From the IMG/VR virus record IMGVR_UViG_3300005253_000613, positions 1 to 60,685 of that record: a stretch of 60,685 nt of DNA; one strand, given 5' to 3'. Each line of letters starts with the position of its first letter. Within the stretch, counting starts at the first letter, position 1. The position numbers and the translations under genes are program-made. The notes beneath the pieces were generated by a model, which saw only the letters and a program-made list of their open reading frames with translations, was not told the origin of the DNA and made no database searches. The stretch is from a virus. Its lineage: Duplodnaviria > Caudoviricetes. Positions 40,758-51,661 of the stretch are shown here, in pieces.

Positions 40758-40778
40758 AGCACAGTATGTTAGATATTA

Positions 40779-41102
40779 GTGTTTGGGATTATGAACGGTA
40801 CAAATGGAATACGAGATGAATCAAAGGACTTAGTACCGCTTCTTATACATCCTGCAATGGATATGGAAAGGTTGCAAAATGGTTTGAACCATGTGTTGTG
40901 TGAAGGTGTGAAAAGTTTGCAAGATGTATTTGAAATTACAAAGAATATTCCCGTTCACAGCACAGATGACCGTGTCAAAACGTTTAATGCACTCGTTGGT
41001 TTCGGACGCTATATTGAAACATGCAAACTCAACTCGTCGTCAGGAGATGAAGATGTAAAATTTCCAGGCGATTTGAAGATTAATGTTGAAGAAGACAATT
41101 GA
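40779..41102 (+). CDS. Putative terminase small subunit
   Basis: Position only: small ORF overlapping TerL start. Confidence 0.35.
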   Translation: MFGIMNGTNGIRDESKDLVPLLIHPAMDMERLQNGLNHVLCEGVKSLQDVFEITKNIPVHSTDDRVKTFNALVGFGRYIETCKLNSSSGDEDVKFPGDLKINVEEDN

Positions 41103-42594
41103 CATTGGTGAATACATTAAATTCATCCCGAAACAACTTGAAGCTAAAAAGTACATAGGAAAAGGATTCCGTATTTTTTATGGCGGTGCTCGTGGTGGGG
41201 GGAAGACAGCGTTTTCTTTAATAATGGCTGTGTTGAGTTGCATGCAATTCCCCGGACTTAGTGTTGTTTGCATCAGAGAAACCTATTCCGAACTTGAAGA
41301 AGCCTTCATAAATAATCTCCTAAGACACTACCCAACTAAAATATTCAAATATAAATATCAAGTAAAATCCCGTACGGCATGGTTTGCCAATGGGAGCAGA
41401 ATTATTTTCAGGGCTTGTGATTCCGAAAAGGCAACAAAGAAGATACAAGGCTTGGAATATCAATTAATGATAATTGACGAAGCCAATAATTTCGATGAAA
41501 TGACGCTTCAAAGATTACAAGGTTCACTTCGTAATGCCCATGTAAAAGGATTTGTTAGTACATTATTAATGACAGGCAATCCTGGTGGCCGGGCGGATAT
41601 GTATTTCAGAACACGGTTTATCTCACCGGATTATGAACGATGGACAGAGGGTGAACTTGAGAATAAGGAATTATATAAATTCGTCAAAGCAACTGTATAC
41701 GACAACCCATATATTGAAAAAGACTATATTACAACTCTAAAAGGTCTTGATCCAGCGTTAAGAGCGGCATGGCTTGACGGGCGTTGGGACACTTTCTTCG
41801 GACAATTCTTCATGGAATGGAACTTGAACGCACATGTGATAGAACCATTCAATATTCCACATTCATGGCCTAAAGCATTTGGTTTGGATTTAGGCTATAC
41901 AGTAAAACATCCTACTATTGGGCTTTGGGCGGCACAAGACCCGGAGACACTTAGGTTGTATATATACCGTGAATATGTCGGGCCTCCTACATCGGAGGGA
42001 GGAGCAACGGAACAATATGCACTTGATATTAAAGATATGAGCTATAATGATAATTGCGATTTAAGATTTGCCGATCCGTCTATGTGGAACTCAACAAGTA
42101 AAGACAGATGGGACGATGAATCACCGGCGCAAATATTTCTTAGGACAGGCATCCATTTAGAACCCGCAAATAACGACAGAATAAATGGTTGGCGTATGTT
42201 AAAAGCATGGTTGCACTGGACTAAAAACAATCCGCCACGATTACAAATATTCAATACATGCACGAACCTCATCCAGACTTTGCCGAGTAACAGGTATGAT
42301 ACGGGCTTAAAGAAGAAAACAGAGGATTTGGATACACGTGGCCCTGATGATGCCGCTGATGCCTTGCGGTATTTAATTATGAATGCCTTCGGTTATCCTA
42401 CCGGATATGAACAGACGGTAGTCCTTAATGAAGCAAAAGAAATAATAAAACGTGCCGAGGAGGTTAGTCTGGAGAGGTTACAGCAAATAGCTAAATCAAT
42501 GGAATATGAAGAATACCAGGGTTCGCCTCTTGAAAGTGTAAAGTATGATTACCATAATGATGTATTTGAAAGTGAGGCTTCGTATTATGGGTAA
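41083..42594 (+). CDS. terL: Terminase large subunit
   Basis: YGGARGGGKT Walker A, MIIDEA Walker B, TGNPGG, GLDLG and DDAADALRY nuclease motifs. Confidence 0.95.
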   Translation: MLKKTIDIGEYIKFIPKQLEAKKYIGKGFRIFYGGARGGGKTAFSLIMAVLSCMQFPGLSVVCIRETYSELEEAFINNLLRHYPTKIFKYKYQVKSRTAWFANGSRIIFRACDSEKATKKIQGLEYQLMIIDEANNFDEMTLQRLQGSLRNAHVKGFVSTLLMTGNPGGRADMYFRTRFISPDYERWTEGELENKELYKFVKATVYDNPYIEKDYITTLKGLDPALRAAWLDGRWDTFFGQFFMEWNLNAHVIEPFNIPHSWPKAFGLDLGYTVKHPTIGLWAAQDPETLRLYIYREYVGPPTSEGGATEQYALDIKDMSYNDNCDLRFADPSMWNSTSKDRWDDESPAQIFLRTGIHLEPANNDRINGWRMLKAWLHWTKNNPPRLQIFNTCTNLIQTLPSNRYDTGLKKKTEDLDTRGPDDAADALRYLIMNAFGYPTGYEQTVVLNEAKEIIKRAEEVSLERLQQIAKSMEYEEYQGSPLESVKYDYHNDVFESEASYYG

Positions 42595-44734
42595 TAACGG
42601 TAAACCAGTACATGATATATTAGATGTAGACGGACAGGTTGCGGTACAAGCCCCTACTGGTTTTGATGTCAGTGACTATAAATATATAATCGACTATATA
42701 TTTAATGATCTTGACAGCGTCAAAGAGGTATTCCGTGAAAAAGTAGCAGTCAGGAACCGCAATTTTGATTTTTACGCCGGGCGGCAATGGACAAACGAAG
42801 AATATCAAATGCACAAGAAACAGTTCAGGGTACCTTATGTGTTTAACGAAATTAAAAGCAAGGTCGACCATCTTGTAGGAACTCAAACTCAAACAAGGCT
42901 TGATGCAAGGCTTGTGCCACGTGAAAAAGGAGATGAGGCAGCGGCTGAATTGCTAACTTTTATAGTTAAGTGGGCAGAGCAAATGAACAATCTCGAATAC
43001 GTCGAAACAGATGTATTTACCGAAGGTCTGATAGGCGGTGTCAGCATAGCGGTTGTTTCATGGAAAAATGATGACATCCAAAATGGTTATCCTTGTGTTG
43101 AGAAAGTACCTACAAATGAAATGTACTGGGATTCACGTGCACGTAATCTAAATCTATCGGATGCAAGATGGATGGCACGTGTGGCTTATGTCCCTAAAAT
43201 AGACTTAATAGAATTAATGCCTGAAAAGGAAAAGGAAATATCAGAGGCTTCAAATATCGGTACTGAAATAGGGGATAATACAGGCAGGTTCTTTAAGGTA
43301 TTGACACAAAGGCAAAGTGCTTCAATACGAAACCGTTTCCAAACTTCACGGAATTATGAAAGAGATGTAGTGCAGTATATAGAATATTATGAAAGAAGAA
43401 AGATATATCAATATGTGGTAGCGGATGAGGTGCAAGGTAAAGTCCGTAATTTCGATATAAAAGAAGAAGCGGAAGAATTCTATGAAGGATTAATTGACCA
43501 ATATCTTGATGAAGGGCAATCATTACAAAATCCAGATGGCTCACCAAGAGTGGTTACAGATGTCATCTTGAAAAACAGTTTATATCAAACAATTATAGTA
43601 GGCGATCAAGTAATATCATGTGAGTTATTGGAATTGACAGATTTTCCGTATGTAGTGTTCTTTGCGTATTTCGATGAAGGCGATTATTGGGGCTTTGTAG
43701 ATGATTTAATATCACCGCAGATACTTGTGAACAGGTCGTTTTCACAATGGGACTATCAGATAGGCACATCACTCAAAAATGCCGTTACAGTAGTAGAGAA
43801 CATGCTAAAGCGTGGATTTACCATAGAAAAAGTGAGACAGGAACTATCAAAGACAGGGCCTGTTATCCCTGTGGCATCACATAATGCCATTAATCCATTG
43901 CCTAATTCACAAGTAACACCTGATTTATTCCAATCAATTAGTTGGAGCATATCAAGGATGAACGATTACGCAGGCGGGCGTAATGCTCTTGGCTTGCAAG
44001 AAAATGCGGCTGAATCTGGCAGGGCGGTGTTGGCACGTGCTGAGGCAGGCGGTGTTGGCAGGCTGCCACTGTTTGATAAACTTAGATTATGGCGGGCGGG
44101 CATAACCATGAGGCTGGTTTGGTTTATTAAGAATTTTATGGTTCCCGGCCAAGTGTTGAGGATAGTAGGTATGGATGAAAGCACGCAATATGTAGAGCTT
44201 GATGATGGTATATTAGACACTTTCAAGGAAATACAGATTGACGTTAAAATAGATGAAGCGATTAAGTCAGATAGTATTAAGGAGAGAAACTTCCAACAAC
44301 TGAAAGAGCTATTCAGTGTAATACCGGGCTTACCGCCTGAGATAGTAACTAAAATGTTACTCGAATATTCAGGAATCCCACAGAGTAAAAAGAGGGAGAT
44401 CACTGATATGTTAGAATTTTACCAACAATACATACAAGAAAAGGCGAAATTATCTAATGATGAAAAATTACAGAAAGAAGTAGTAGATTCACTCCAGAAG
44501 AAGCAGTTAAAAGAGCAAATGGAGAGAGGGGATCAAGTAAAAGAACAACAACAAGAAGTAGAGAAAGAAATCAAAAGCGTAAAAGTAAAAATGGATGACC
44601 TCGACAAAAAAAGAGAGGAAATGAGCAACCAGAATTTATCAATACAACAATTAAACACAGCAAATAACAGATTAAATACGCCAGCCGAAATGAAAGGCGG
44701 AATGGCGGCAAGCATCACAAGTGCATTAATGTAA
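42587..44734 (+). CDS. Portal protein (P22-like, C-terminal coiled coil)
   Basis: Follows TerL; FYAGRQW...PY.FN.I...V..L.G, FPYV.F, ESGRA..AR; ~715 aa. Confidence 0.88.
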   Translation: MGNNGKPVHDILDVDGQVAVQAPTGFDVSDYKYIIDYIFNDLDSVKEVFREKVAVRNRNFDFYAGRQWTNEEYQMHKKQFRVPYVFNEIKSKVDHLVGTQTQTRLDARLVPREKGDEAAAELLTFIVKWAEQMNNLEYVETDVFTEGLIGGVSIAVVSWKNDDIQNGYPCVEKVPTNEMYWDSRARNLNLSDARWMARVAYVPKIDLIELMPEKEKEISEASNIGTEIGDNTGRFFKVLTQRQSASIRNRFQTSRNYERDVVQYIEYYERRKIYQYVVADEVQGKVRNFDIKEEAEEFYEGLIDQYLDEGQSLQNPDGSPRVVTDVILKNSLYQTIIVGDQVISCELLELTDFPYVVFFAYFDEGDYWGFVDDLISPQILVNRSFSQWDYQIGTSLKNAVTVVENMLKRGFTIEKVRQELSKTGPVIPVASHNAINPLPNSQVTPDLFQSISWSISRMNDYAGGRNALGLQENAAESGRAVLARAEAGGVGRLPLFDKLRLWRAGITMRLVWFIKNFMVPGQVLRIVGMDESTQYVELDDGILDTFKEIQIDVKIDEAIKSDSIKERNFQQLKELFSVIPGLPPEIVTKMLLEYSGIPQSKKREITDMLEFYQQYIQEKAKLSNDEKLQKEVVDSLQKKQLKEQMERGDQVKEQQQEVEKEIKSVKVKMDDLDKKREEMSNQNLSIQQLNTANNRLNTPAEMKGGMAASITSALM

Positions 44735-44754
44735 TAATAATAGGAGATAGTATT

Positions 44755-45801
44755 ATGGATTTAGAACTTACAGATCAAGAAAGAGAAGAATACCGTATCC
44801 AAATGGAAGGTACACCCGAAGAAAAGACTGAATTAGAACAGGCGGGGCGTAAAGAAGAAGAAGTAGAGACCACCGAAGAACCGGAGCAACCAACCGAGGA
44901 ACCGATTAAAGAACCAGTGGAATCTACCCAAGAACCGGTAGTAGAAACCACCGAAGAACCAGTGGTGGAATCTACCGAAGAAGAGGACGCTTTCGCTGGT
45001 ATGAAAATACCTATATCAGTAACAAATGAAGAAGGTGAAGCAGTCATAGAAGAAATACCCTATGACCAGCTTGTTCAAGAACATAATGCTTTTATAGCTA
45101 TCAAGGAACAATCAGAAGCGGATAAAAATTATGTAAGTCAGGCATCTCCTATAATAGAGGCTTTCAATAAAAGTAAAGTTCTACAAGATGCTTTAATGTA
45201 TTTGAAACAAGGATATAATGATGAACAAGTCAAGCAAGGTTTGATGCAATTTTGGAGCGATGCAAAAACTGAGCCGGGAGAAGATGATTCTCAGACTGAC
45301 TATAACAAGGATATGGCTGAGCTTAATAACCGAATGCTGAGAGCAGAAAAAATTGCAGGCCAGCAAGCCGACCAATTAAAGAAGCAACAGGTTTGGAATG
45401 AGAATGAAGCGGTATTGCAGAAGGCTGTGAGAAAATATGGGCTTGATCCCAAGCAGGTTGAAACTGATCCTGAATTCCAGCAAAAATTAAATAGTTCATT
45501 TACTCAATTTTATGGGAACATGGACCTTACAATGGAAGTGCTGAACCAGAATCAGGCCAATGGTATTATAAACCATGCTTTAAATGTTATAGGTAATACA
45601 ACACACGCAGACGCACGTAAGCAAACTGCTGAATTAGTGCGTGCTAAATCAATTGTCAAGAAAACGCAAGCTCCAACTATACTCCAGGGACGAACAGCAA
45701 CCAACCGTGATGGCAGTGGCGGCACGCAGGAAAAAGAAAAACAATGGCCTGCGAGCGGAGTGCCTATGGCTGAGAGGGTGCGTCGTTGGGAAGAAATTTA
45801 A
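44755..45801 (+). CDS. Scaffolding protein
   Basis: Acidic E/P/T-rich N-terminus, between portal and capsid. Confidence 0.65.
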   Translation: MDLELTDQEREEYRIQMEGTPEEKTELEQAGRKEEEVETTEEPEQPTEEPIKEPVESTQEPVVETTEEPVVESTEEEDAFAGMKIPISVTNEEGEAVIEEIPYDQLVQEHNAFIAIKEQSEADKNYVSQASPIIEAFNKSKVLQDALMYLKQGYNDEQVKQGLMQFWSDAKTEPGEDDSQTDYNKDMAELNNRMLRAEKIAGQQADQLKKQQVWNENEAVLQKAVRKYGLDPKQVETDPEFQQKLNSSFTQFYGNMDLTMEVLNQNQANGIINHALNVIGNTTHADARKQTAELVRAKSIVKKTQAPTILQGRTATNRDGSGGTQEKEKQWPASGVPMAERVRRWEEI

Positions 45802-45821
45802 TTTACTAACAAAGGAATATA

Positions 45822-47117
45822 ATGAATCAATATCAAAACAAAAACCGCCCAGGGTTACGTAGTTCAACTACGGCTGACCCCAAAGCGGCCATGCAGGATA
45901 TTGACTATCGTATAAGGCGATTAGACCCGGATGCGACACCTTTACAGGTGTTGTCACGTTATTTTGGCCGGGGGCCTGTGCCTAAATCACATAAAGTACA
46001 AGTAGTACAGTATCATTCATTCGATAATTTCGATTATTGCTCATCTAACGGTGCTGGCGATGCTGGTGAGGAGAGGATGTTAAGGCTGGTCTTAGATCAG
46101 AGAAGTCGTCCATCTACTAATTCCGCAATGTTATATTATCCGCAGGATAAATTTTTCATTGCAGAAACAGGGCAGGTAGTCGAAGTAGTTATGAATGAAA
46201 GAGCGGCTTTACAGCTTGGCGAGAATACGAACGCTGAGATTACAGTATCAACTACTTTGTCGGGTAACACTACATCCCGTTCATTGGCTGGTACTGTTGT
46301 AGTTCGTAATATTGAGCCGGCGGCGCTGTTGCCGTTTACTACTTCTGATGTGATATATTTAGGCAGAACGATAGCCGAATCCCAGAGCATACAGGCAGAG
46401 CCTCAACAGCGAGACTATGTATATGATTGTAATTTTGTTGAGCATAAAGAAGCTGTCATTATAATGACAGAAGACCAGAAGAACTTAGTTCAGATGGAAG
46501 GGGTAGCCCCTGACTGGAATATGCAGCAAACAGAATGCTTTAAGGAATTTACTCGCAATGTCGAATTTACTGCTATGTTTGGAGAACGCAGCCCAGGTTT
46601 ATCTGTGGACAAGCGTCCAACAAGGCACATGCGAGGTTTATTCAATGCAATCAGGACTAACGTAGCATATTACGATCCAATCAACGTTGTAGGATTTGAA
46701 GAAATGTTCATCAATTTTTTGGTAGAACAAGGCTTTAGATATAATCCCAACAAACGCAAGAAAATCGCCTTATGTGGTGCGAGATTCTTGATTAATTTTA
46801 ACTTGGCGTTTAGAGATTATCGCCGTACATCCGATTTAAGCGGTATTGGTAAAACATTAGGGCTGAATGCGGATACATATATAATTCCCGGAGGCTTTGA
46901 AGTACAGCTTATCCGTTCTGAAATGCTTCACCAGAACACTAAACTTGAAAATTGGTGTTTCATTATTGATCCTACTATGGCTGAGTGGTGTGTCAACAAA
47001 GACTACAACTCACGCATGTACAAGAATCCAAGTGAACGTGATTTCAAGTTGATGGTTGAATGGCAGGGAACAATTAAATGGCAATTAGAACAAACACATG
47101 CGTTACTACGCACATAA
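45822..47117 (+). CDS. Major capsid protein
   Basis: Position; PDATPL, VEFTAMFGE, RHMRGL...I.TN pattern of HK97-fold capsids; 431 aa. Confidence 0.8.
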   Translation: MNQYQNKNRPGLRSSTTADPKAAMQDIDYRIRRLDPDATPLQVLSRYFGRGPVPKSHKVQVVQYHSFDNFDYCSSNGAGDAGEERMLRLVLDQRSRPSTNSAMLYYPQDKFFIAETGQVVEVVMNERAALQLGENTNAEITVSTTLSGNTTSRSLAGTVVVRNIEPAALLPFTTSDVIYLGRTIAESQSIQAEPQQRDYVYDCNFVEHKEAVIIMTEDQKNLVQMEGVAPDWNMQQTECFKEFTRNVEFTAMFGERSPGLSVDKRPTRHMRGLFNAIRTNVAYYDPINVVGFEEMFINFLVEQGFRYNPNKRKKIALCGARFLINFNLAFRDYRRTSDLSGIGKTLGLNADTYIIPGGFEVQLIRSEMLHQNTKLENWCFIIDPTMAEWCVNKDYNSRMYKNPSERDFKLMVEWQGTIKWQLEQTHALLRT

Positions 47118-47127
47118 GGAGGACAAG

Positions 47128-47784
47128 ATGAGATATATATCACATATTAGCAACTTAGTGCTCTACACAAAAAATGGTGCGATAGTTGATCGTTTTGATT
47201 ATAATGGTGTTTTAGTTAAAGGTGATGGCACTACTAACTTAGGTACTGGCAACCAGATTGACGTAGTGCTGAAAAGCTCTACGCCAAATGATGAAACAAT
47301 GCGTGTTTACACAACTGATCTTTTAGGTAATTCTGCAATATCAGAAGAAATGTGCGGTTTAGGTAATCTTGCCAGTCTCGATTTGGCATTGGCTGGTTTA
47401 GACAGCTTACAGCAGGGTTATAATCGAAATTATTTCGAAGCCGCTGTACTTACAAGTACAACAGATGTCGTATCTGATCTATCTGCCAATATATACTACG
47501 AAGTATTAACTGGCACTACGATTTATGACGGTACGACTTATACGGTAGGCCAAGTATTTTATACCGATGGCAGCACAACTGCCACAACAGGTACAGGTAC
47601 ATTTGCCTTGACGATCCCACCTGCTCTTAACAGAGAATGCCAAGCATTCCGTCCAGAGCATTTCAAGATCAAATCGTTACTTACAGGCAATGAATCGAGT
47701 GCTGACTGGAGTTATGCAGAAGGGTTCGCCCCTCGTGATAACATGACTACAGATGATCCCGATTACTTTGCTTATACTGAGTAA
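47128..47784 (+). CDS. Putative capsid accessory/decoration protein
   Basis: AGGAGG RBS after capsid; Thr/Gly rich; followed by terminator. Confidence 0.5.
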   Translation: MRYISHISNLVLYTKNGAIVDRFDYNGVLVKGDGTTNLGTGNQIDVVLKSSTPNDETMRVYTTDLLGNSAISEEMCGLGNLASLDLALAGLDSLQQGYNRNYFEAAVLTSTTDVVSDLSANIYYEVLTGTTIYDGTTYTVGQVFYTDGSTTATTGTGTFALTIPPALNRECQAFRPEHFKIKSLLTGNESSADWSYAEGFAPRDNMTTDDPDYFAYTE

Positions 47785-47788
47785 AACA

Positions 47789-47815
47789 ATAGCGCCTGTA
47801 ACGGGCGCTATCTTT
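47789..47815 (+). terminator. Terminator-like hairpin after capsid genes
   Basis: ATAGCGCCT/GGGCGCTAT stem then CTTT. Confidence 0.55.
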
Positions 47816-47835
47816 AATATTAATTTAGGTGTATA

Positions 47836-48354
47836 ATGAAAAAAAATATAGTAAAAAAGAGGAACAGGATACCCAGACCGGGGATGCCCGTGAAAGAACA
47901 ATTGCCCAAAATCCAGCCTCCTGAAAAAAAGGAGGAAAAAATACCCGAACCGAAAATGTCCGAGATAAAACAATTGCCCAAAATCCAGCCTCCTGAAAAA
48001 AAGGAGAAAGAAATCGTTTATGTCAGGGATGCGTCTGCTTTTCAAAAACCAACGGTAAAATACGTTGGGCGTACATCGGATGTAGATGATACGAAAAAGG
48101 CTGTGATTTTCTTGTCTAAACATAAGAGTTTAATGATTAATGCAGATGATGGTTCAATATATATGTTTTCGAACAATCACTTTTTCACTAATGATTCAAA
48201 GGCAAAAGAGGTATTGAGGTCATGTGGTGCTTTCAATTTTGAAATGTGGGAAGGCCAATATCCAAAAGACTTTGTGGCGAAAAAGAAGATAGAAGATCAA
48301 TATTTAACACGTGATCCTTATGAACATGATCCGATGGGAGTTGGGATATTATGA
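47836..48354 (+). CDS. Hypothetical protein with duplicated QLPKIQPPEKKE
   Basis: Internal repeat, basic N-terminus. Confidence 0.6.
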   Translation: MKKNIVKKRNRIPRPGMPVKEQLPKIQPPEKKEEKIPEPKMSEIKQLPKIQPPEKKEKEIVYVRDASAFQKPTVKYVGRTSDVDDTKKAVIFLSKHKSLMINADDGSIYMFSNNHFFTNDSKAKEVLRSCGAFNFEMWEGQYPKDFVAKKKIEDQYLTRDPYEHDPMGVGIL

Positions 48355-48773
48355 TCTATTCAGATGATTATTCGTCTGGCCAGCCCAAACGGAAAAACAA
48401 GAAGAAAAAAGAAACCGCAGAAGAGTATTATCGTCTTGGCAGGCGTTCGGCTTCTTTAGACCAAACGGCTAAAGACAATAAGCAAACCGCCGAAATGAAC
48501 ATGGTCCAATCAATAATGCTTCAGAATCAAAAGAATGAACTGTTAGATGTTCTGTCAGAAGTGAACCGCAGGCAAAACCAATTGGATCAGGCTATGGCAG
48601 AGGCTCTTGCCCCGCCACCATTGGGTATGGATGTAGGCCCGCCTGGTGGAATGCCGTTTGGAGAGATGCCTCCTGGCGGGATGGCATCACCACCTGAATT
48701 GGGTCCGCCGCAAGGACTGCCACAAGAATTACCACAATCAGCAACACCTATGGGGCCTCCCCCAATTATATAG
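48351..48773 (+). CDS. Hypothetical protein with Pro/Gly/Met-rich tail
   Basis: Coiled coil plus PPGGM low-complexity C-terminus. Confidence 0.6.
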   Translation: MIYSDDYSSGQPKRKNKKKKETAEEYYRLGRRSASLDQTAKDNKQTAEMNMVQSIMLQNQKNELLDVLSEVNRRQNQLDQAMAEALAPPPLGMDVGPPGGMPFGEMPPGGMASPPELGPPQGLPQELPQSATPMGPPPII

Positions 48774-48776
48774 AGG

Positions 48777-49445
48777 TTGGTAATGAATGGTGATCCGTTA
48801 ATAGTCAGAGTGAGGCGGATATTAAAAGATGTGGAATCAGTGGTTTCACTTGGTGAGTTCTGGAGTGATGAGGAGATAATCCTTGTTCTCAATGCCAGCC
48901 AGTCCATACTATTGAATTTTGCTATTCGTAATAATAGATTATCGCTAATTGAAACTCTGTTGACATCGACTATTTTAGGCAGCCCGCTTGTACTGCCCGA
49001 TGATTATTTACATTATTCCTCAGCCCAAGTAGGCATAGCCGATGATGATTTACAAATGGCAGGTGTCTATATCGGCGGGGATGCTTATTCATATCTTTAT
49101 GTCAAACTTGATGGCTGCTTTATTTTAAATGACGAATTATATTTCGCAAGGAATAGGAATATTAATAGTTTAGGTATCCTCTATTACTATAAACAGCCGA
49201 GTTATATAGGTGCAACGTCTTTGGGCAATGATGTCAGTCCACAATTCCTCAGATATGATTTCCATGATTATATTTACAATGATATTATCGTTATGGGCGC
49301 TGTGTATTTACTGGGCATGAAGGAAACACAGACACAACGTGATTTTAAGAAATACAAAAGACAATTAGAACTGTTACGCACAGAACCTCCTTTCATATTG
49401 AGGTACATAACAGATTCGAATAAAACCTTAACAAAGACTGCATAA
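48777..49445 (+). CDS. Head-tail adaptor/ring protein 1
   Basis: VRRIL.D...WSDEEI...LN.SQ, LPDDY. Confidence 0.65.
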   Translation: MVMNGDPLIVRVRRILKDVESVVSLGEFWSDEEIILVLNASQSILLNFAIRNNRLSLIETLLTSTILGSPLVLPDDYLHYSSAQVGIADDDLQMAGVYIGGDAYSYLYVKLDGCFILNDELYFARNRNINSLGILYYYKQPSYIGATSLGNDVSPQFLRYDFHDYIYNDIIVMGAVYLLGMKETQTQRDFKKYKRQLELLRTEPPFILRYITDSNKTLTKTA

Positions 49446-50152
49446 TGGACGCTTTGCAAACAGTAAATATGGTTAGATTATTATTAGATGATAGCATCGA
49501 TTGGTTTCACGATGATATAATATCAGCTATTAACGAATCGCAAATGCGGTTAATTAGACAGTATTATTTAGCAGGTGACGAACGTTCTTTACGGACATTA
49601 TATTTCAAAAACGAAGCACTCAGTGATGGCGATTATATTACATACACAATTCCAAGTGATCCAACGGCTACTCCTACACTGCTTTTATATCCACGTGCTT
49701 GCCGTATATATAATAAGGGCCTTGATACCGGTATCGAATCTTTGACCGCAACATATTTAGAGCCGCAATTATATTATAATTACGATAAGCCAGGTTATTA
49801 TATAGATGACGAATTCCCAAGAGCGGCTTATTATACAATCGAGAAGAAACAGTTCTTAATAGATAACTCTGACCCGTTAAACCCCGTATATGAATGGGGA
49901 ACTAAAATCAGGTTCATTAAACAACTACAAGAATCTCATGCGACTTTATGGTTTATAGCCGAGCCTCCACTGTTCGCATATACAACAGGCATAGGACAAT
50001 CCCGAAGTCTTTGGCTGCCGGAGGAGTGCCATATTGAAGTAGCAACTTTAGCTGCTGAATTGCTGAATGATTATGATGTGGGTGAACGGGAACGTGGCGA
50101 GGCGGTATTTGAAAATCAAAGACTGACATTAACGGGGGTTGGCAATGGTTAG
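49445..50152 (+). CDS. Adaptor/ring protein 2
   Basis: VRLLLDD...I..AINESQ, LPEECH.EV...AA. Confidence 0.65.
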   Translation: MDALQTVNMVRLLLDDSIDWFHDDIISAINESQMRLIRQYYLAGDERSLRTLYFKNEALSDGDYITYTIPSDPTATPTLLLYPRACRIYNKGLDTGIESLTATYLEPQLYYNYDKPGYYIDDEFPRAAYYTIEKKQFLIDNSDPLNPVYEWGTKIRFIKQLQESHATLWFIAEPPLFAYTTGIGQSRSLWLPEECHIEVATLAAELLNDYDVGERERGEAVFENQRLTLTGVGNG

Positions 50153-50921
50153 CTATTCTAATATAACATTAGGCGAAGTATTCCATGAAGTTATATCGGC
50201 AATAAATAAATATCGTTCAGGTATGAACATTGATTATACTACTATAACTAATTTTGTTAACCGTGCTGTAATTGAAGTAGTGACAAAAACACTTCCATTT
50301 AAGGACTGGGCTTATGTAAGTTCTGTAAATGTTACAAATCAAATGCAATTGCCGGTTAATTATTTGAAATATCAGAGGGTTCTTTTATCTGAGGATGGCG
50401 ATTATCCTTATCAGGAAGCACGTTATGTTGATATAAGAGAATATTATACACTGACTAATTGGCTAAATGGCCATTCATGGAATAGAAGTTCGGAGGAAAA
50501 GCCTGTTTTCACTATTTGGGGGACAGGTCTTCGCCCAACTATATTCCTTGCACCAAATACTGATTATCAAACAGGCATACAGCCAAGTGGACATATCTAT
50601 GACACGATTAATGTTTCAGGTATATTGGAATATCACCCCAGTCCAGATAAAGTGTCATTAGCTACTGATAGATTGCCTATTCCTTATGAATTTGAGGATA
50701 TGGTAATATTATCTACAATAATGAGAATGTACGCAAAAATAGGTGCTTCTCAATTATTACAGAACACTCAGATGAAATTTATTGAAGAAACATCTAAAAT
50801 ATCTGAATTATTTGTTGAAAAACGAAGAACTGAAAAGCGGGAACTTGATTCATTTGTTGAACCAGTTGTGCCACTTGTGGCAGCGAGTGAAGAACCCGGT
50901 GAATTAAAAGGTGAATTATGA
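50139..50921 (+). CDS. Adaptor/ring protein 3
   Basis: I..FVNRA, LP.NY, LPIP.EFEDMV. Confidence 0.65.
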   Translation: MAMVSYSNITLGEVFHEVISAINKYRSGMNIDYTTITNFVNRAVIEVVTKTLPFKDWAYVSSVNVTNQMQLPVNYLKYQRVLLSEDGDYPYQEARYVDIREYYTLTNWLNGHSWNRSSEEKPVFTIWGTGLRPTIFLAPNTDYQTGIQPSGHIYDTINVSGILEYHPSPDKVSLATDRLPIPYEFEDMVILSTIMRMYAKIGASQLLQNTQMKFIEETSKISELFVEKRRTEKRELDSFVEPVVPLVAASEEPGELKGEL

Positions 50922-51661
50922 CGGGCCGGGATTATATAGATGAATTAATATTGAGGCTGGCAAGACATGATGTTAGCACAGATATGAATACACCGTCTTT
51001 ATTAACTTTTATCAACAGGGCAAGACAAAGGGTCCAGAAAGCAACCATGCCCTTATACCCTGAACGTTATGGTAAAATATTCAGATTCTCAGTAGGTGGC
51101 CCTATCGGTAGTAACGGTTTTTTAACACTACAATTACCAATAGATTTTTTGGACGTTTTTGTTATATTATTGGAATGGCGGGCATCGTCAAATGTGACTT
51201 ACAGGACAGAAGCCCGTAGAACGGATGCACGTGAAATATCTAGTGTAGTGGAACATTCATGGAACGGGCCGTCGGAATGGACACCCGTTTACACTATTCA
51301 GAGGCCCATCAATTCCAGTCCGCCGTTTGTGACCGATTATTATTATAATTGTCTGATTTCATTAGGTGCTAACGGGCAGGCATTTTTAGATAATGTGACA
51401 AATGTTGTAGCCGAAATAGTTTACACGTCCGCATTGGATGATTTGGAACTTGATGACGATGACGAGACAATACCTGTTGATGTAGAAGAATTGGTGATTT
51501 ATTATGCCATGCTATTATCATTGCAACGCTCACAGGAAGAAATAGCCGTACAAAGCGTTCAGGCAGAAATTAATATGTTAATGGAATTATTCAAAACCAC
51601 TTATGATGTTGGCAAAGCTAAAGAGACCGTTCTATTGCCAAGTAAAGAAGGAGAGGACTAA
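50918..51661 (+). CDS. Adaptor/ring protein 4
   Basis: LL.FINRA, LP.DF, IP.DVEELVIYYA. Confidence 0.65.
   Translation: MTGRDYIDELILRLARHDVSTDMNTPSLLTFINRARQRVQKATMPLYPERYGKIFRFSVGGPIGSNGFLTLQLPIDFLDVFVILLEWRASSNVTYRTEARRTDAREISSVVEHSWNGPSEWTPVYTIQRPINSSPPFVTDYYYNCLISLGANGQAFLDNVTNVVAEIVYTSALDDLELDDDDETIPVDVEELVIYYAMLLSLQRSQEEIAVQSVQAEINMLMELFKTTYDVGKAKETVLLPSKEGED

Noticed and set aside
44860-48010. Repeats in scaffold (TTEEPVVES) and QLPKIQPPEKKE protein
   Set aside because: Ordinary coding low-complexity duplications
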